64,000 nucleotides of DNA from positions 140,120,001 to 140,184,000 of the forward strand of contig NC_042998.1 in NCBI RefSeq assembly GCF_006345805.1, in the 5' to 3' direction. The position numbers were made by a program, and so were the translations under genes. Every line of letters starts with the position of its first letter. Positions within the stretch are counted from its first letter, which is position 1. This stretch comes from Octopus sinensis (lineage: Eukaryota). Below, piece after piece: positions 25,613 to 37,837 of this stretch. The notes beneath the pieces were generated by a model. The model searched no databases and was not told where the DNA came from. It worked only from the letters and a program-made list of their open reading frames with translations.

Positions 25613-27220
25613 TGTTGAACATTCATTTACCATGTTGGCATGGGCTGAATGCGTCATTAGAAAGTAACAAGCCAGAGGGCTGCTCCAGGCTCTAGTCATC
25701 TGTTTTGGTATGGTTTTTATAGCTGGATGCTCTTCCTAACACCAACCACTTTACAGAGTGCACTGAGTGTTTTTTATATGGCACCAGCACCAGTGAGGTC
25801 ACCAAAAAACTCACAAAACAAGACTCTTCAAATGATACAGGAGTAGTATAGAGCGGGGTAGCTTCAGGAGGTTAAAGTACAAGAGAGGAACAGGAACAAA
25901 TGTCTTGCTGAAAAGGTGATACATGACTTCCCCAACTGGAAAGAGAGAAAGAGATGGTGAGGGCATACCCTCAAGGTGCAAGGTGAATATAAGAGAGAGA
26001 ATAAGGATAAAGGATCAGAAAGGATAGGTCAGTAAAGTTGCAAGGGTATGGAAGAAATGTAGCAATAATTAAACACGTCAAATAAGCAAAGATATTTTTA
26101 ACACACAAAGCATGGTTGATGATATTTTTGCCTGTCTGCTGTATATAATTATTGCCTCATTATATATGCCTGTTAACATAATATGCATTACACCATCAAC
26201 CAGTTTATTTCAATGGATGTTCGATATTTAGCAGCATCAAAGTAAATGACAGGTATACTGAGAGAAAGCCAGGTAGTAGTCATCAGTTGATGTTTGATGG
26301 AGAAACAAACTCAAAATCAATCAAAATCCACAACGGAAAACTACTGCTGCTAACCATCATAGACTATACTTAAAGAGATTCACAGACTGTTTAGAAATCC
26401 ATTTCTTTTTTAGTTACCCATCACAATATAATAACCACATCCACTCCCTTAATAGTGAGACCTTTCATAACAGAACAGTTTAATGCTGGCCCACAAACAC
26501 TGTTGTGTGGGGAAGGGTGCATGGATACAAGGGGGTGGTGGAAACTATTGTTGCATTTCTCCAGGGTTTTCTTCTGGTTGCCTTCTTCATCACTAACATA
26601 TAAACCCTCACCTTCATACAACTGTTGCTAAGTGATGTGGTTAGCAGCAACATCTTCCACATAGTTGTTTTACCAGCTATGTCTTACTATAGGCGAGCCG
26701 GCAGAATCATTAATACACTGGGGAAAATGCTTAGTGGCATTTCATCCATCTTTACAGTCTGAATTCAAACTCCACCCAGGTCAACTTTGCCTTCCATCCT
26801 TTTTGGGGTCTATAAAATAAGTACTAGTTGAGCGCCGGGGGGGGAGGGGAGAATAATCTTATCCCCCACTCTCCAAAATTGCTGACCTTGTGCCCAAATT
26901 TGAAACCATTATATAGTATCTTTGTGGAGGCGCGTGGCTTAGTGGTTAGAGTGTCAGCATCAAGATCGTAAGATTGTGGTTTCGATTCCTGGACCAGGCA
27001 ATGCTAGGCTTTAAAAGGGCGCATTTATTATTTATTACATAGTATCTTTACCAACAATCTGAACTCCAACGATGCAGTAGCTGGCCATGTACCACTTTGC
27101 AAGGCACCCATCACAGAGAAATCTTTATTATGTACTACAACCACTGCAATTGGTAGTGAGTAATCATTGCATCACTACTTTTGCAGTTGATATTTACAGA
27201 TATCACAGTGCAAGGTACAC

Positions 27221-27294
27221 GACCCAGGATGTGTTTATGGTAGCATGACCAGGATGTGTTTGTGGTGCCACAACCCAAGATGTGTTTGTGGTAG
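27221..27294. repeat. Three copies of an about 26-bp repeat
   Basis: ACCCAGGATGTGTTT(A/G)TGGT core repeated three times. Confidence 0.8.
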
Positions 27295-27479
27295 AAATCC
27301 TGGTAATAACTCAAGCTTCACAAGTCATGGGGAAAAAATCTTGATACTGACCACTTGGGGTCTGTATCAACTTTTGGGGAGGAATGAAGGCTCTTGTTCT
27401 GAAAAAAAAAAAAAAGAACTCTGCACCAAAATCGCCCAAAGGCAGTTGATGTTTGATTAGTACAACTCTGAATGTCATT

Positions 27480-28300
27480 ATCAATGCTACCCAGTTTTAA
27501 AAGGTGCCATCTCTAGCAACTGTTCATCATAAACAGCAAAAGGCAGATGGAGTTGGTGGAACAGTAGAACTCCATGGACAGACCACCGTCTGTCCTAGTA
27601 GTGTTGACAATCAGCCTCTGCCTGCTATGTGCTCTCACCACCACAGCAACAAGGACAGTCTGAAGATCCTCCTGAGTGATAAGAATACAGTCATTTGCAT
27701 ACTGCAGCTTCAGGACTTGCTTTTAGCAGAGTTTAGTGGTTGCATGGAACCTTCTTGTGTTAGCAAGGTTGGCGTTTAGTCTAAAGTCCATTGTTACACT
27801 GCTTCTAAGAAGCCTGGTGATGCACAGGAGGAATATGTTAAAGAGACCTGGTGCTAGCACACACTGCCTCACCCCTTGTGTATTCAAGGAAGGGCTTGGA
27901 CTGCTATCTTTCTATGGTCACCCAAGGAGTTATCCCATTGTGGAACTGACTGAGGATCATCATTATTTAACATGTCTTCCATGCTAGCATGGGTTAACAT
28001 ATTATTTAATACAGGAAAACTGGAGAGAACATCCTGTAAAAGCTTTTCTTTCCTTTTTGCTTTTTTTGCAGCAGTTTACAGAGGCTATAAACAAGTTCCA
28101 ATGTTGTTCCACTTCCCATCCTTCAACACTGTTTCTGAAGTTGCCAGGCTGTGACCATGGCAGTCATGCTTCTATTCTCTCTCTAAATCCACACTGTGAT
28201 TCAGGCAACATTGCCTCAAGAAGGCTGATAATGAGTCTCTGAAGCAACACCTTAGCCAGGACATTACTAATAACAAAAAAAGTGGACATGCTTCTACTAT
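27480..28300 (-). mobile_element. Decayed RTE (BovB-like) LINE RT fragment
   Basis: Minus-strand peptides LPESQCGFR (ORF 28164-28355) and GVRQ-CVLAPGLFNIF (about 27825-27875) are RT domain 2-4 motifs. Confidence 0.75.
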
Positions 28301-28324
28301 TATCACAGATGATCTCATTGTTTA

Positions 28325-28668
28325 TAATAGCTTTACCAACCTTCTCTTTCATCATATATTTGTTTTACCAACATCTGTCTTGATACAATGTCTTGACTAA
28401 TATATATCAGTAGATAGCAACTTTCCTAGTCATCTGTCTATTAAAAGTAGCTTTATCATCAGTCGGTGTCATTGTATAGTAACCAATAATCTCTACAATT
28501 ACATAGAAGTTTTACCAACAATTTATTTCATTACAAAGTAGCTTTACCAACAATCTGTGCCATTGAACAGTAGCTTTATCAATAATTTGGACCATTAAAT
28601 AGCAGCTTTGCCAACGATATGCATCATTACGTAGAAGCTTTATTGACAATCTGTCATTATATAGCAGT
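28325..28668. repeat. Degenerate 32-bp minisatellite
   Basis: Consecutive units agtagctttaccaacaatctgtgccattgaac, agtagctttatcaataatttggaccattaaat and agcagctttgccaacgatatgcatcattacgt. Confidence 0.75.
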
Positions 28669-29827
28669 TTGGATTGACAGAATCATTTCAGCATCAGATA
28701 AAATGCTTTGCATTATTTCTTCTAACTCTTTATATTCTGATTTCAAGTCTCACCAAGGAATTTCATCCTTCTCATGACAATAAAATAAAGTACTGGTTGA
28801 AGTACTGGGGTTAATGTAATTAACAAATCCCATTCCCACATATTTCAAATTGTGTTCATATATTAGAAACAATTAAATACTAGCTTTACCAACTACCTCT
28901 ACCATTTGCTAGTATTTTTACATTGGTGGGTGATATACTGGTGCTCACAAATGAACACACACACACTCTCTCTCCCCACAGTAGCTAAGCAAGTATATTG
29001 TCAGTCCTAAGAGATTTGTTTGTAAGAGAACAGGCAATCTGGAACACCTCACACCCCTGATATTTATGTTACAGTACATTGCCATAGCACTTGATTTCAG
29101 CTGCTGTGTATACCTGATGTCTAGCTCCTCTTCAAGTTACTGGATATTATTCCCTTCATTCCTCTTTCGTCCAGTCTTTCCAAGCTTGTCTCTTGGGCTT
29201 TTATAACTAAATGCTGTACCATTCAACAACTGCCTTGACTCCTATTTAGCTAGTACCATGCTTTAAAACAGATATGATCAGTACTTCACAACATGCTGTC
29301 TTGTAGAAACCCCTGGTTTTCCTACGTTATAGGTCTCTGTCTCCTTCTCCTCCTCAATATGTATGTTCCCTACAATTCTCTGAGCCTATATGTAGCAAAG
29401 AGATCTTTCAGTTTCCTTATCCTCTTTCTCCACATTTTTTTTTGTCCGTTTGAATCTATATAGTTCTGAACCTGAAGTCACTCGTCATTCTTCATCAGAG
29501 AAAAATTTAGTATTCACAGACCATTTGTCTACCCAATTTCCTGGAGGGCATTAAGCCTGAGAGTGTAATGCAAATAAGTATTTTGTACATGTCGTAGAGT
29601 TTATTATTTATTCATATAACTGAACACTACAATTATTTCAAGAGTTCTATTAGCTATTTTGGTTACACAGCCTATAATTTCAAGAAGACATCTAGTCATG
29701 CAATCACTTCAATATCTGATGCACGCACACCATGCACCTTTACAGGAAGTGTTGATCTGATATGAGGGAGTGAGCTTAAAGTACAACACAAACATTTGAT
29801 TACTATAAATAAATCATCTGTGTAGGT

Positions 29828-30663
29828 TATTCAGGTGGTATCAAATAGTTCCCAGTCTAGTTCTGTAGTACACCAACAGAGGGCAGCACACAGTTGTGTG
29901 CATAGTAAGAGCTAGCAGTGGCCTTCATGAGGCAGCATGCCAAGAGACATTCCTGTGTCTACTTCGTTGTGAAATTTGTGTTTTTGTGTGATCATGTGTA
30001 TGTGTGAAATTTTGCTTTAAACTTGGGAAGTCTGCTACAGAGACATTGAGCATGCTTCAGCAAGTTTACAGTGATATGGCAATGGGTTTTATGCAATGTT
30101 TCAAGTGGCACAGGTGCTTCAAAAGCAGATTGTCCCTGAAAGACCTGTCATGTGTGTCACCCCTGGAAATGTGGTATTGTGCATTGAGAATTGAGGCATC
30201 CTCCAGGGCCACACTGTCAATCAAGAGTTCTACTGAAATGTTTTGAAGCATTTGCGGGAGGACATTCAGCAAAAGCAACTGGATCTGTGAAGCACGAAGA
30301 ATTGGATTCTTCACTGAGCTCTCCTCACTCATGAGTTTCTTGCCAAAAACAACATAGTATTGCTTCCACACCCACCCTATTCACCAGATTTAGTCCCTGC
30401 AGACTTCTATCTCTTCCCCAAGGTGAAAATGCAGCTCAGAAGTCACTATCTTAATACCATTGTCAAAATCCAGAGCGAATCATGGAAGGTCCTCAACTTG
30501 GTTATGGAAAACGACTTCTTGACCGGATTCCCAAAGTGGCAGGAATGCTGGGACTAGTGTATCGCTGTGCAAGATAACTATTTTGAAGGAAATGATATTT
30601 AGGTAAATAAGTTATTTTTCATTAAACATAACTAGTTCAAGGACATTTTGATACCACTTCATA
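29828..30663 (+). mobile_element. Internally deleted mariner element (DD34D-type) with both TIRs
   Basis: TIRs ta-ttcaggtggtatcaaatagttcccagtctagtt and aactagttcaaggacattttgataccacttca-ta. Peptides KFCFKLGKSATETLSMLQQVY (HTH) and PHPPYSPDLVPADFYLFPK. Confidence 0.9.
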
Positions 30664-31065
30664 GTTGACTGGAGCAAGCTCAGTTGATAACAACTCTTAG
30701 AACTCTTGGCTAGACCACATACATGTTTTAAGAATTCTGTATGTAGAATTTGTTATCATGCCTACACTTGAACACCAATTCTCACATTCACTCAAGATCT
30801 TGTCATTCAGAATTCATTTAAAGTATTTTTCAGTTAAACATTACATTTTTTTCTTATAAAAACAGTGTTTTGTATTTCACTTTTGATTAATGATCAGTTT
30901 ATGAATATGCTACTGATCACAATGTTATTTGAAGTACCCAACAGTTGTTCAGATAACTCATCGATTTGGTTCTGAATCAGAAGATATCTTACTTTGAAGG
31001 TATTGTCTCAAAGCCTAATGTAACTAACTGTCACTGGTCATCTAATTCATTGCTGAAATATTTCC

Positions 31066-32706
31066 CAATGAGTGAGCAGCTATACCACTACTTAGAAGAT
31101 ACAGATATGTTTTGGACATAACATAAAGAATATAACTGTATAATATACATCAACACATAATTGGAAAAACAAATAGCTCTAGAGAGCCTTCTAAGCATTA
31201 GGTGGAATTTATTTCACATGCACTTCTGCTACTAATCAATATAGTGTATCTGCCACACCTGATGCCTACCTGCCTGTAATCCCACTGCACCTCTCATGCA
31301 TCCTTACATTGGTTTACATTGGTTACACTATATAGAGTAGGTAATTCTTACCTATTCCTTTTCTGCATATTGGGCATGGTGATTTTCCTAACAAGTAGGG
31401 TCCTATTTTCTTTCCTGCTAATTAAACTTTGGTCTTTGCTAGGTTTTCTTTAAAGCCTCTCAATTCTATGCTTTTGCATCCAAATCTAGAATTTCCTCTT
31501 TAAATTTTCAACTAATTCAGGTATTAGAACTACGTCATCAAAGAGGAGTGGTGTTGAAAACTGAGCCCAGAGATAAGCCAAATTTCAAGGTAAATTCCTC
31601 CCTGAACTCATTAACTCACAACTTGCTAATGACACCTCTATACATGCGGAGTTCTCACACAAACCATTTATCTGACCCTAGTTTTCTTAGTGACATGGAA
31701 CTCTCTCAAGCATCATTTCCAGGTCAACAAGAGCTAGGTGGAGTAGCTTATTCCTAGCTAAATATTTCTTGTGTAGTTGTTTTACTAGGAAGACTGGATT
31801 GGTGGTTCTCCATCCTCTTGCTTAAACCCAAACTGCTAATCTAGCCTAATCCTCTTATTAAGCATTCTGCTGTAATTCTTACAGTGACTTTCAGATATGG
31901 CTGTGTGGTAAGATGTTTGCTTCTCAACCATGTGGTTTCAGATTCAGTACCGGTGTGTGACACTTTGGACAAGTGTCTTCTACTGTAGCCTTGGACCAAC
32001 GAAAGCCTTGAATAGATTTGGTTTATGGAAACTGAGAGAAGTCCAGTGTGGGTGTGTGTGTGTGTTTATGTCTTCTTTTTTCTTGACATTGTATGGTAGT
32101 TGTTATCACACAAGCAATGTTGTTTGTTTCCAATTTTCCACAAGAACATGCCTGACCAAAGGGAAATATTACCTTATTTGGATGCAGATGAGGGTCGGCA
32201 ACAGGAAGTGCATCAGGTTGTAGAAAATCTGTTTGCAAAAGACTTCCTCCTCACCCTTGCAAACATGGAAAAGAGGATGTTAAAATGATGATGAAGATGA
32301 CCTGTCAAGTTGATGCCTCTCTAAATCACCACCATTGCCTTTGTAGCCAAGTTGATGATGATACTACCAATCCAGTCACAGGGTGAGCAATGAGTGAGCA
32401 GCTATACCACTGCTTAGAAGATGCAGATATGTTTTGGACACAACACAAAGAATATTACTGTATAATATACATCAACACATAAATGGAAATACAAATAGCT
32501 CTAGAGAGCCTTCTAAGTATTAGGTGGAATTTATTTCACATGTACTCCTGCTACTAATCAACATAGTGTATCTGCCACACCTGATGCCTACCTGCTTGTG
32601 ATCCCACTGCACCTCTCATGCATCCTTAGTTTACATTGGTTATACTGTATAGAGTAGGTAATTCTTACCTACTCCTTTTCTGTATATTGGGTATGGCCAA
32701 TTTTCC
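31066..32706. repeat. Pair of about 320-bp direct repeats (31066-31388 and 32388-32706)
   Basis: Colinear, highly similar copies starting caatgagtgagcagctataccact, offset 1322 bp. Confidence 0.9.
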
Positions 32707-33026
32707 AAATAGTTACACCTTTGTTTTATTACACTGCACTATGTCTATATCTGAAACATATAATTCTTGCTATCTCAATTCATTTATTTAAAAATAGGTA
32801 CCATGGTTTAAAAAATGCTCAGTTCCTTCATTCACTACAGCTCTGAATAATTAGCAAGGTGCAGATATGGCTGTAAGGTTAAGAAGCTTGCTTCCCAACC
32901 ATGTGGTTTTGGGTTCAGTCCCACTGCATGACACATTGGGCAAGTGTGTTTGAGTGTAGCCCCCAAACCTACCAACACCTTGTGAGTGAATTTGGTAGGT
33001 GGAAACTGTGTGGTAGCCTGCCATGT

Positions 33027-33965
33027 GTGTAAAGGGCCTTAGATTTAATTTAGCAAAGACCAAAGCCTTGATAAATAGGAAAACAGACAAATCACAGATA
33101 TCTTCAGGGAGATGGCCCTACTCAATTGGTAGAAGTGTAAGGAGAATCTCCATATGGTATACTCAGTGCAAGCTATGGACCCATAAGAGGTGCAGTAGTA
33201 TCACGGGAAGACTAGCAGAGAAAGTAGTTTTTATATGTGGCAGATGTACAGGTACATTAAATACCAGGTTTGAACAAAAAATAGACTCCCTTCAGAGTAA
33301 AAGGCAGATTGTACGATGCCTGTGTATGAACAGCTATACTACATGGCAGTGAAACATGGGCTATAACAGCTGAGGATATGCAAAGGCTTGAAAGAAATGA
33401 AGCCAGTATGCTCTGTTAGATGGGTAATGTCAGTGTGCACATATGACAGAGTGTAAGTAATTTCAGAGAAAAACTAGGTGTACGAGGCATCAGATGTAGT
33501 GTGCAAGAGAGAAGATTGTGCTGGCATGGTATGCATATGAATGATAACAGTTGCATTAAGGGAACATGTGGGAGGGGTAGACCCAGAAAGACATTGGGAC
33601 TCACAGAGGAGATGACAGGAGGCCGAGATTCCTGGTGGTTTGCTGTGCTTGAAAAGACACGTCAAGCTAAATAGAAGCCTGGTTGTCCTTGCATACAGGC
33701 TTGTCCCCTACATCCCTCTCTAGCTGAGTGTTCCCAATGCTGAGGGCTCATAGGTGCTGGTCCCATGTAAAAAGCACCTGTACCAGTGCAACGTAAATGC
33801 ATCTATGCTGGTGGTGTGTAAAAGCACCCAGTACACTCTCAAGTGATTGGTGTTAGGAAGAGCATCCTGTTGTAGAAGCCATGCCAAAACAGACATGGAA
33901 CCTGGCCAGCTCTGGTCAAACCATCCAACCCATACCAGCATGGAAAAATAATGATAAATGATGAT
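33027..33965 (+). mobile_element. Internally deleted RTE LINE copy
   Basis: KGLRFNLAKTK...QCKLWTHKRCSSITGRL...ICGRCTG, same family as 53487-55075, ending in a (GAT)n-like tail. Confidence 0.85.
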
Positions 33966-34497
33966 GGCCATATATATCTCAAAATGCTGAACCTTACATA
34001 GGAAATACAGAGGACTGAGATATGTGGAGCACTACTGTACTCAAGAAGACCTGACCACCACAACAGAATTGTGATCCTAAAACCAAGGTGTCACATAAAA
34101 AGCATTGGTGTGGGTGCTGGTGCCATGTGAAAAGCACCAGCATCCACTCTGTAAGGTGGTTGGCATTAGGAAGGACATCCAGCTATAGAAACCAAACCAA
34201 AACACACTATAGAACCTAGTGTAGCCCCTGGTCTTGCCAGTTCCTGTCAAGCCATCCTAACCATTAAATGTTGATGATGATAGATTTATAGATGTATGTA
34301 TATCTGTATATATATCTGAACCCTAATTGTGTTTATCGGTATCACTACCTCCATATCAGATCACCTTTGTTTCTCTTATAGCCACTCTTGATGCCATAGA
34401 CCTATTCCAAGATGAAGAATTCAGTGTTCAAATTTAAGTTCATTTGAGCACTACCACCTGTTTTCTATACGGAGCATATTTAGCTCTCACCTTTTTA

Positions 34498-34511
<14 letters not shown>

Positions 34512-34542
<31 letters not shown>

Positions 34543-34924
34543 ATGTCTATGTGTGTCTTTATGTCTGTGTTTTTTTTTCCACCACCACTTGACAACCAAT
34601 GCTGGTTTGTTTATGTCCGTGTAACCTAATGGTTTGGCAAAAAAAATAAATAATAATAAATAAGAGATCGAACAAGTACCAGACATATACTTGCTAAACA
34701 AAATAAGAACAGGGATTGACTTGTTTGACTAAAATCCTTCAAGGTGGTGCCCCAGCATGGCCACAGTCTAATGACAGAAACAAAGTCAAAGATAAATGTT
34801 TCATTAGTTTGCATTACTTAGTACAAATCCTACAACTTAGAGAGGGATGGGCTCTGTTAGGTTGATTTGCATAGACATATATATGATGTAAAAAGTCAAA
34901 CGACTCCTCTATGTTTTACATGGC

Positions 34925-34955
<31 letters not shown>

Positions 34956-35350
34956 ACATGTCTATGTGTGTCTTTATGTCTGTGTTTTTTTTTCCACCAC
35001 CACTTGACAACCAATGCTGGTTTGTTTATGTCCGTGTAACCTAATGGTTTGGCAAAAAAAATAAATAATAATAAATAAGAGATCGAACAAGTACCAGACA
35101 TATACTTGCTAAACAAAATAAGAACAGGGATTGACTTGTTTGACTAAAATCCTTCAAGGTGGTGCCCCAGCATGGCCACAGTCTAATGACAGAAACAAAG
35201 TCAAAGATAAATGTTTCATTAGTTTGCATTACTTAGTACAAATCCTACAACTTAGAGAGGGATGGGCTCTGTTAGGTTGATTTGCATAGACATATATATG
35301 ATGTAAAAAGTCAAACGACTCCTCTATGTTTTACATGGCTGTGTGTGTGT
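34512..35350. repeat. Perfect 415-bp tandem duplication bounded by GT tracts
   Basis: acatgtctat at 34541 and 34956. ORFs 34626-34814 and 35041-35229 are identical. Confidence 0.95.
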
Positions 35351-37185
35351 ATGTGTGTGTTTTTGTGTCTGCTGCTTCTTGTATATGCAACTAGTTTTTC
35401 TGTTTCCTTTTTTTTTTTATTAAAATGAACCTAATAAATTCAATACTAAGTGTGTATATGTATCAATACATATAACTTTAACATTTTTTTTTTCTGTTTT
35501 TTCATCAATTCTCATTTTCACATATATAACTACAAGACATTTTAATGTTTATAAAGTAGCTTGAATATAAAAAGAAATTGTCAATTGAAAACATGAAAAA
35601 ATATCAACAGTTTTCTAATAAATAAACAAACATGAAACGATCTCATTTAGAACCATTATATATTTGTACCAATAACATGTTGAAAGCCATCATCTCTTGT
35701 TTGTTATTTGGTTTGTTTGTTGTTTTTTTTATATATTTTATCATTAATACTATGTTATGTACCAGGTAGCTTTATCACTCAACACCAAGTATTAAAATTA
35801 TTTTGAAAAGTGTTAGTTTTTTTTTGTTTTATTATTATTATTATTATTATTATATTATTATTATTATTATTATTACTATTATTATTATTGCTGTTGTTGT
35901 TTTTATTGTTTTTGTTATTTTTTTTATGAATAATTCTTTAACTTAAAAAGGCTTTTCTGCAGTGGAGGAATGTAGAGAAAAGCTAATGGGTTTTTATCTG
36001 ATTAGTAGAGTGTACAGTAGTTTTGTAAACTTGTACCATATTATATGCTAATTGCATAATCATCATGAATATTGATTGCCTCTTGCACAGCACCACCGTT
36101 TTATGCTACCAGAACGATAGTTTGACAATAGTCAATTGACTTTGCTAAATTCTTTAGCAATTCTTCTTAAAAGCAATGGGTGATGGGTAAAGTATGAGTT
36201 CATTGAGGTTGGGATGTAGAGGGTTTGTAGGACAGTCCCTCTACTAAGCTTACAACATGCTTGGCATTATAGGTTGCCTGTGGAAGCAGCAAAAGCTGCT
36301 TCAAAGTAGTTATGAATCAGGTGGTGCAAAGGTCCTGGAAAGAGCAGTGCTACAAGACTTAGAGCTAATTGGACACAAGCTAGGGTTTGAACAAACCCTG
36401 ATTGGGTCACTTGGGAGAAGGGGTCCTTTCAACATAAGAAACACATAATGATCCTAGAAAACATCACTGATTATGCATCCAGATGGTTGGGAAAATGTTA
36501 TCAACCTTGATAGGAAATTCGGTGTTGCAGAGAGTCTAACCTGGTTTTCTTTTTTTATTCTACATGCTATCTACAGCCTCCTCCTCATTGATAATTGCCA
36601 TGTTTGGGTGGTGGATTAGCACAAAGGGTAGAACATCAGATGAAATGTCTCATGATGTCTGTTCAAATCCAGTTGAGGTTAACTTAACTTTTCATCCAGG
36701 GTTGATGGTGATAAAATAAAGTACCAGCCATGTATTGGGGGTTGATTTGAATTTGAGTTAACTCACTTCTTAATTTCTGGCCTTGTGTCTGTGTTAGAAA
36801 CGATGGATTGGCAGAATCATAAGGGGCATTGGACAAAATGCCTGGCACTATTTTTAGTTATGGTGACTTAAGTTCTGAGTTCAAATCCTGTCGAAGTCAA
36901 TAAAATAAAGTACCAGCCAAGCAAATGGGGGAAGCAATGACAAAATCAACTAAACTACTCCCACCACTTAAAAATTGCTGACCTTGTGCCTAAATTAGAA
37001 ATGATTATTCAGTTCTTACATGGTCAAAGGTCTCAAATATGGCACAATAATTGGTTATATAGATTTCCCATCCAGTACTTGAGTGATAATCAGTACCAGT
37101 CAAATACTAAGGTCAGAACACAAGACTGTTCCCTTCTTTTAACTTTGAGGCCTGGGGCCCTATGTTAGGCATCAGTATTATTCCA

Positions 37186-37388
37186 ACAAATACACTCAGA
37201 GAGCGCAAACCTCCACCAAGGTAACACCAATGTCCTCTCAACGATTAGCCGGAGATGATTTTTAAAATGAGAATATCTGAAATAAACTCAAATGCTCTCA
37301 CAAACAAGAATACTAAAAATGAACCTGACTGTTCTCAAAAATTAAATTTAAAAGAATGGAAAAATAATCCAGAATCCTTGTCTGGTAC
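37186..37388. mobile_element. Helentron/HINE-like non-autonomous element fragment
   Basis: Start aacaaatacactcagagagcgcaaacctccaccaagg resembles the end motif of DINE-1/HINE-type elements. Recognised from memory only. Confidence 0.45.
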
Positions 37389-37614
37389 ACACATACACAA
37401 AAAAAATAGGCTTCTTTTAGTTTTTGTCTTCCAAATCCACTCTCTAAGTTTGGTGTTGGCCTGGGGCTCATTAACAGCATTGATCCCATGGAAATTAATC
37501 TGGTAATTTGCATTGTTATCTATGTATTATGAACATTTAATACTGTATTGGGACAGAATATGTCAAAACGTGACTAAATAACTTCCACCAACAATTTTCT
37601 TCTTTCTTTTTCAG

Positions 37615-37773
37615 GAATTGGAAGAAACGATTCGATCACTGAAAATACAAGTGTCAGCTCTCCAAAAACGGGTTACTTTATTACAAAACGACCGTCGAGA
37701 AACAATTAAGGGATTCTATAGTCCAAGTTACTCTTATCCAGAACCAACATACAAACCAATAGCTTCACCTTAA
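37615..37773 (+). CDS. CEP112: CEP112-like terminal coding exon including stop codon
   Basis: Acceptor ttttcttctttctttttcAG at 37613-37614. Reads ELEETIRSLKIQVSALQKRVTLLQNDRRETIKGFYSPSYSYPEPTYKPIASP*, resembling the remembered human C-terminus ELEDTISSLKSQVNFLQKRASILQEEL. TAA at 37771-37773. Confidence 0.88.
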   Translation, partial: ELEETIRSLKIQVSALQKRVTLLQNDRRETIKGFYSPSYSYPEPTYKPIASP

Positions 37774-37831
37774 TTTTGACTCAACACTTGCAGAAACAAA
37801 ACGCATTTTCAACATTTCTTCCATATATATA

Positions 37832-37837
37832 AATAAA
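37832..37837 (+). promoter_or_regulatory. Candidate polyadenylation signal of the CEP112-like gene
   Basis: AATAAA about 60 nt after the stop codon, with T/GT-rich sequence downstream (37863-37915). The hexamer is common in AT-rich DNA. Confidence 0.4.

Noticed and set aside
28325-28668. CRISPR-like repeat-spacer pattern
   Set aside because: The period is only 32 bp, the repeats are degenerate and the variable parts are related, so it is a decayed minisatellite.
36090-36120. Alternative CEP112 terminal exon after gcctcttgcacAG
   Set aside because: It would add only HHRFMLPER* and delete the conserved ELEETI motif; there is no supporting evidence.
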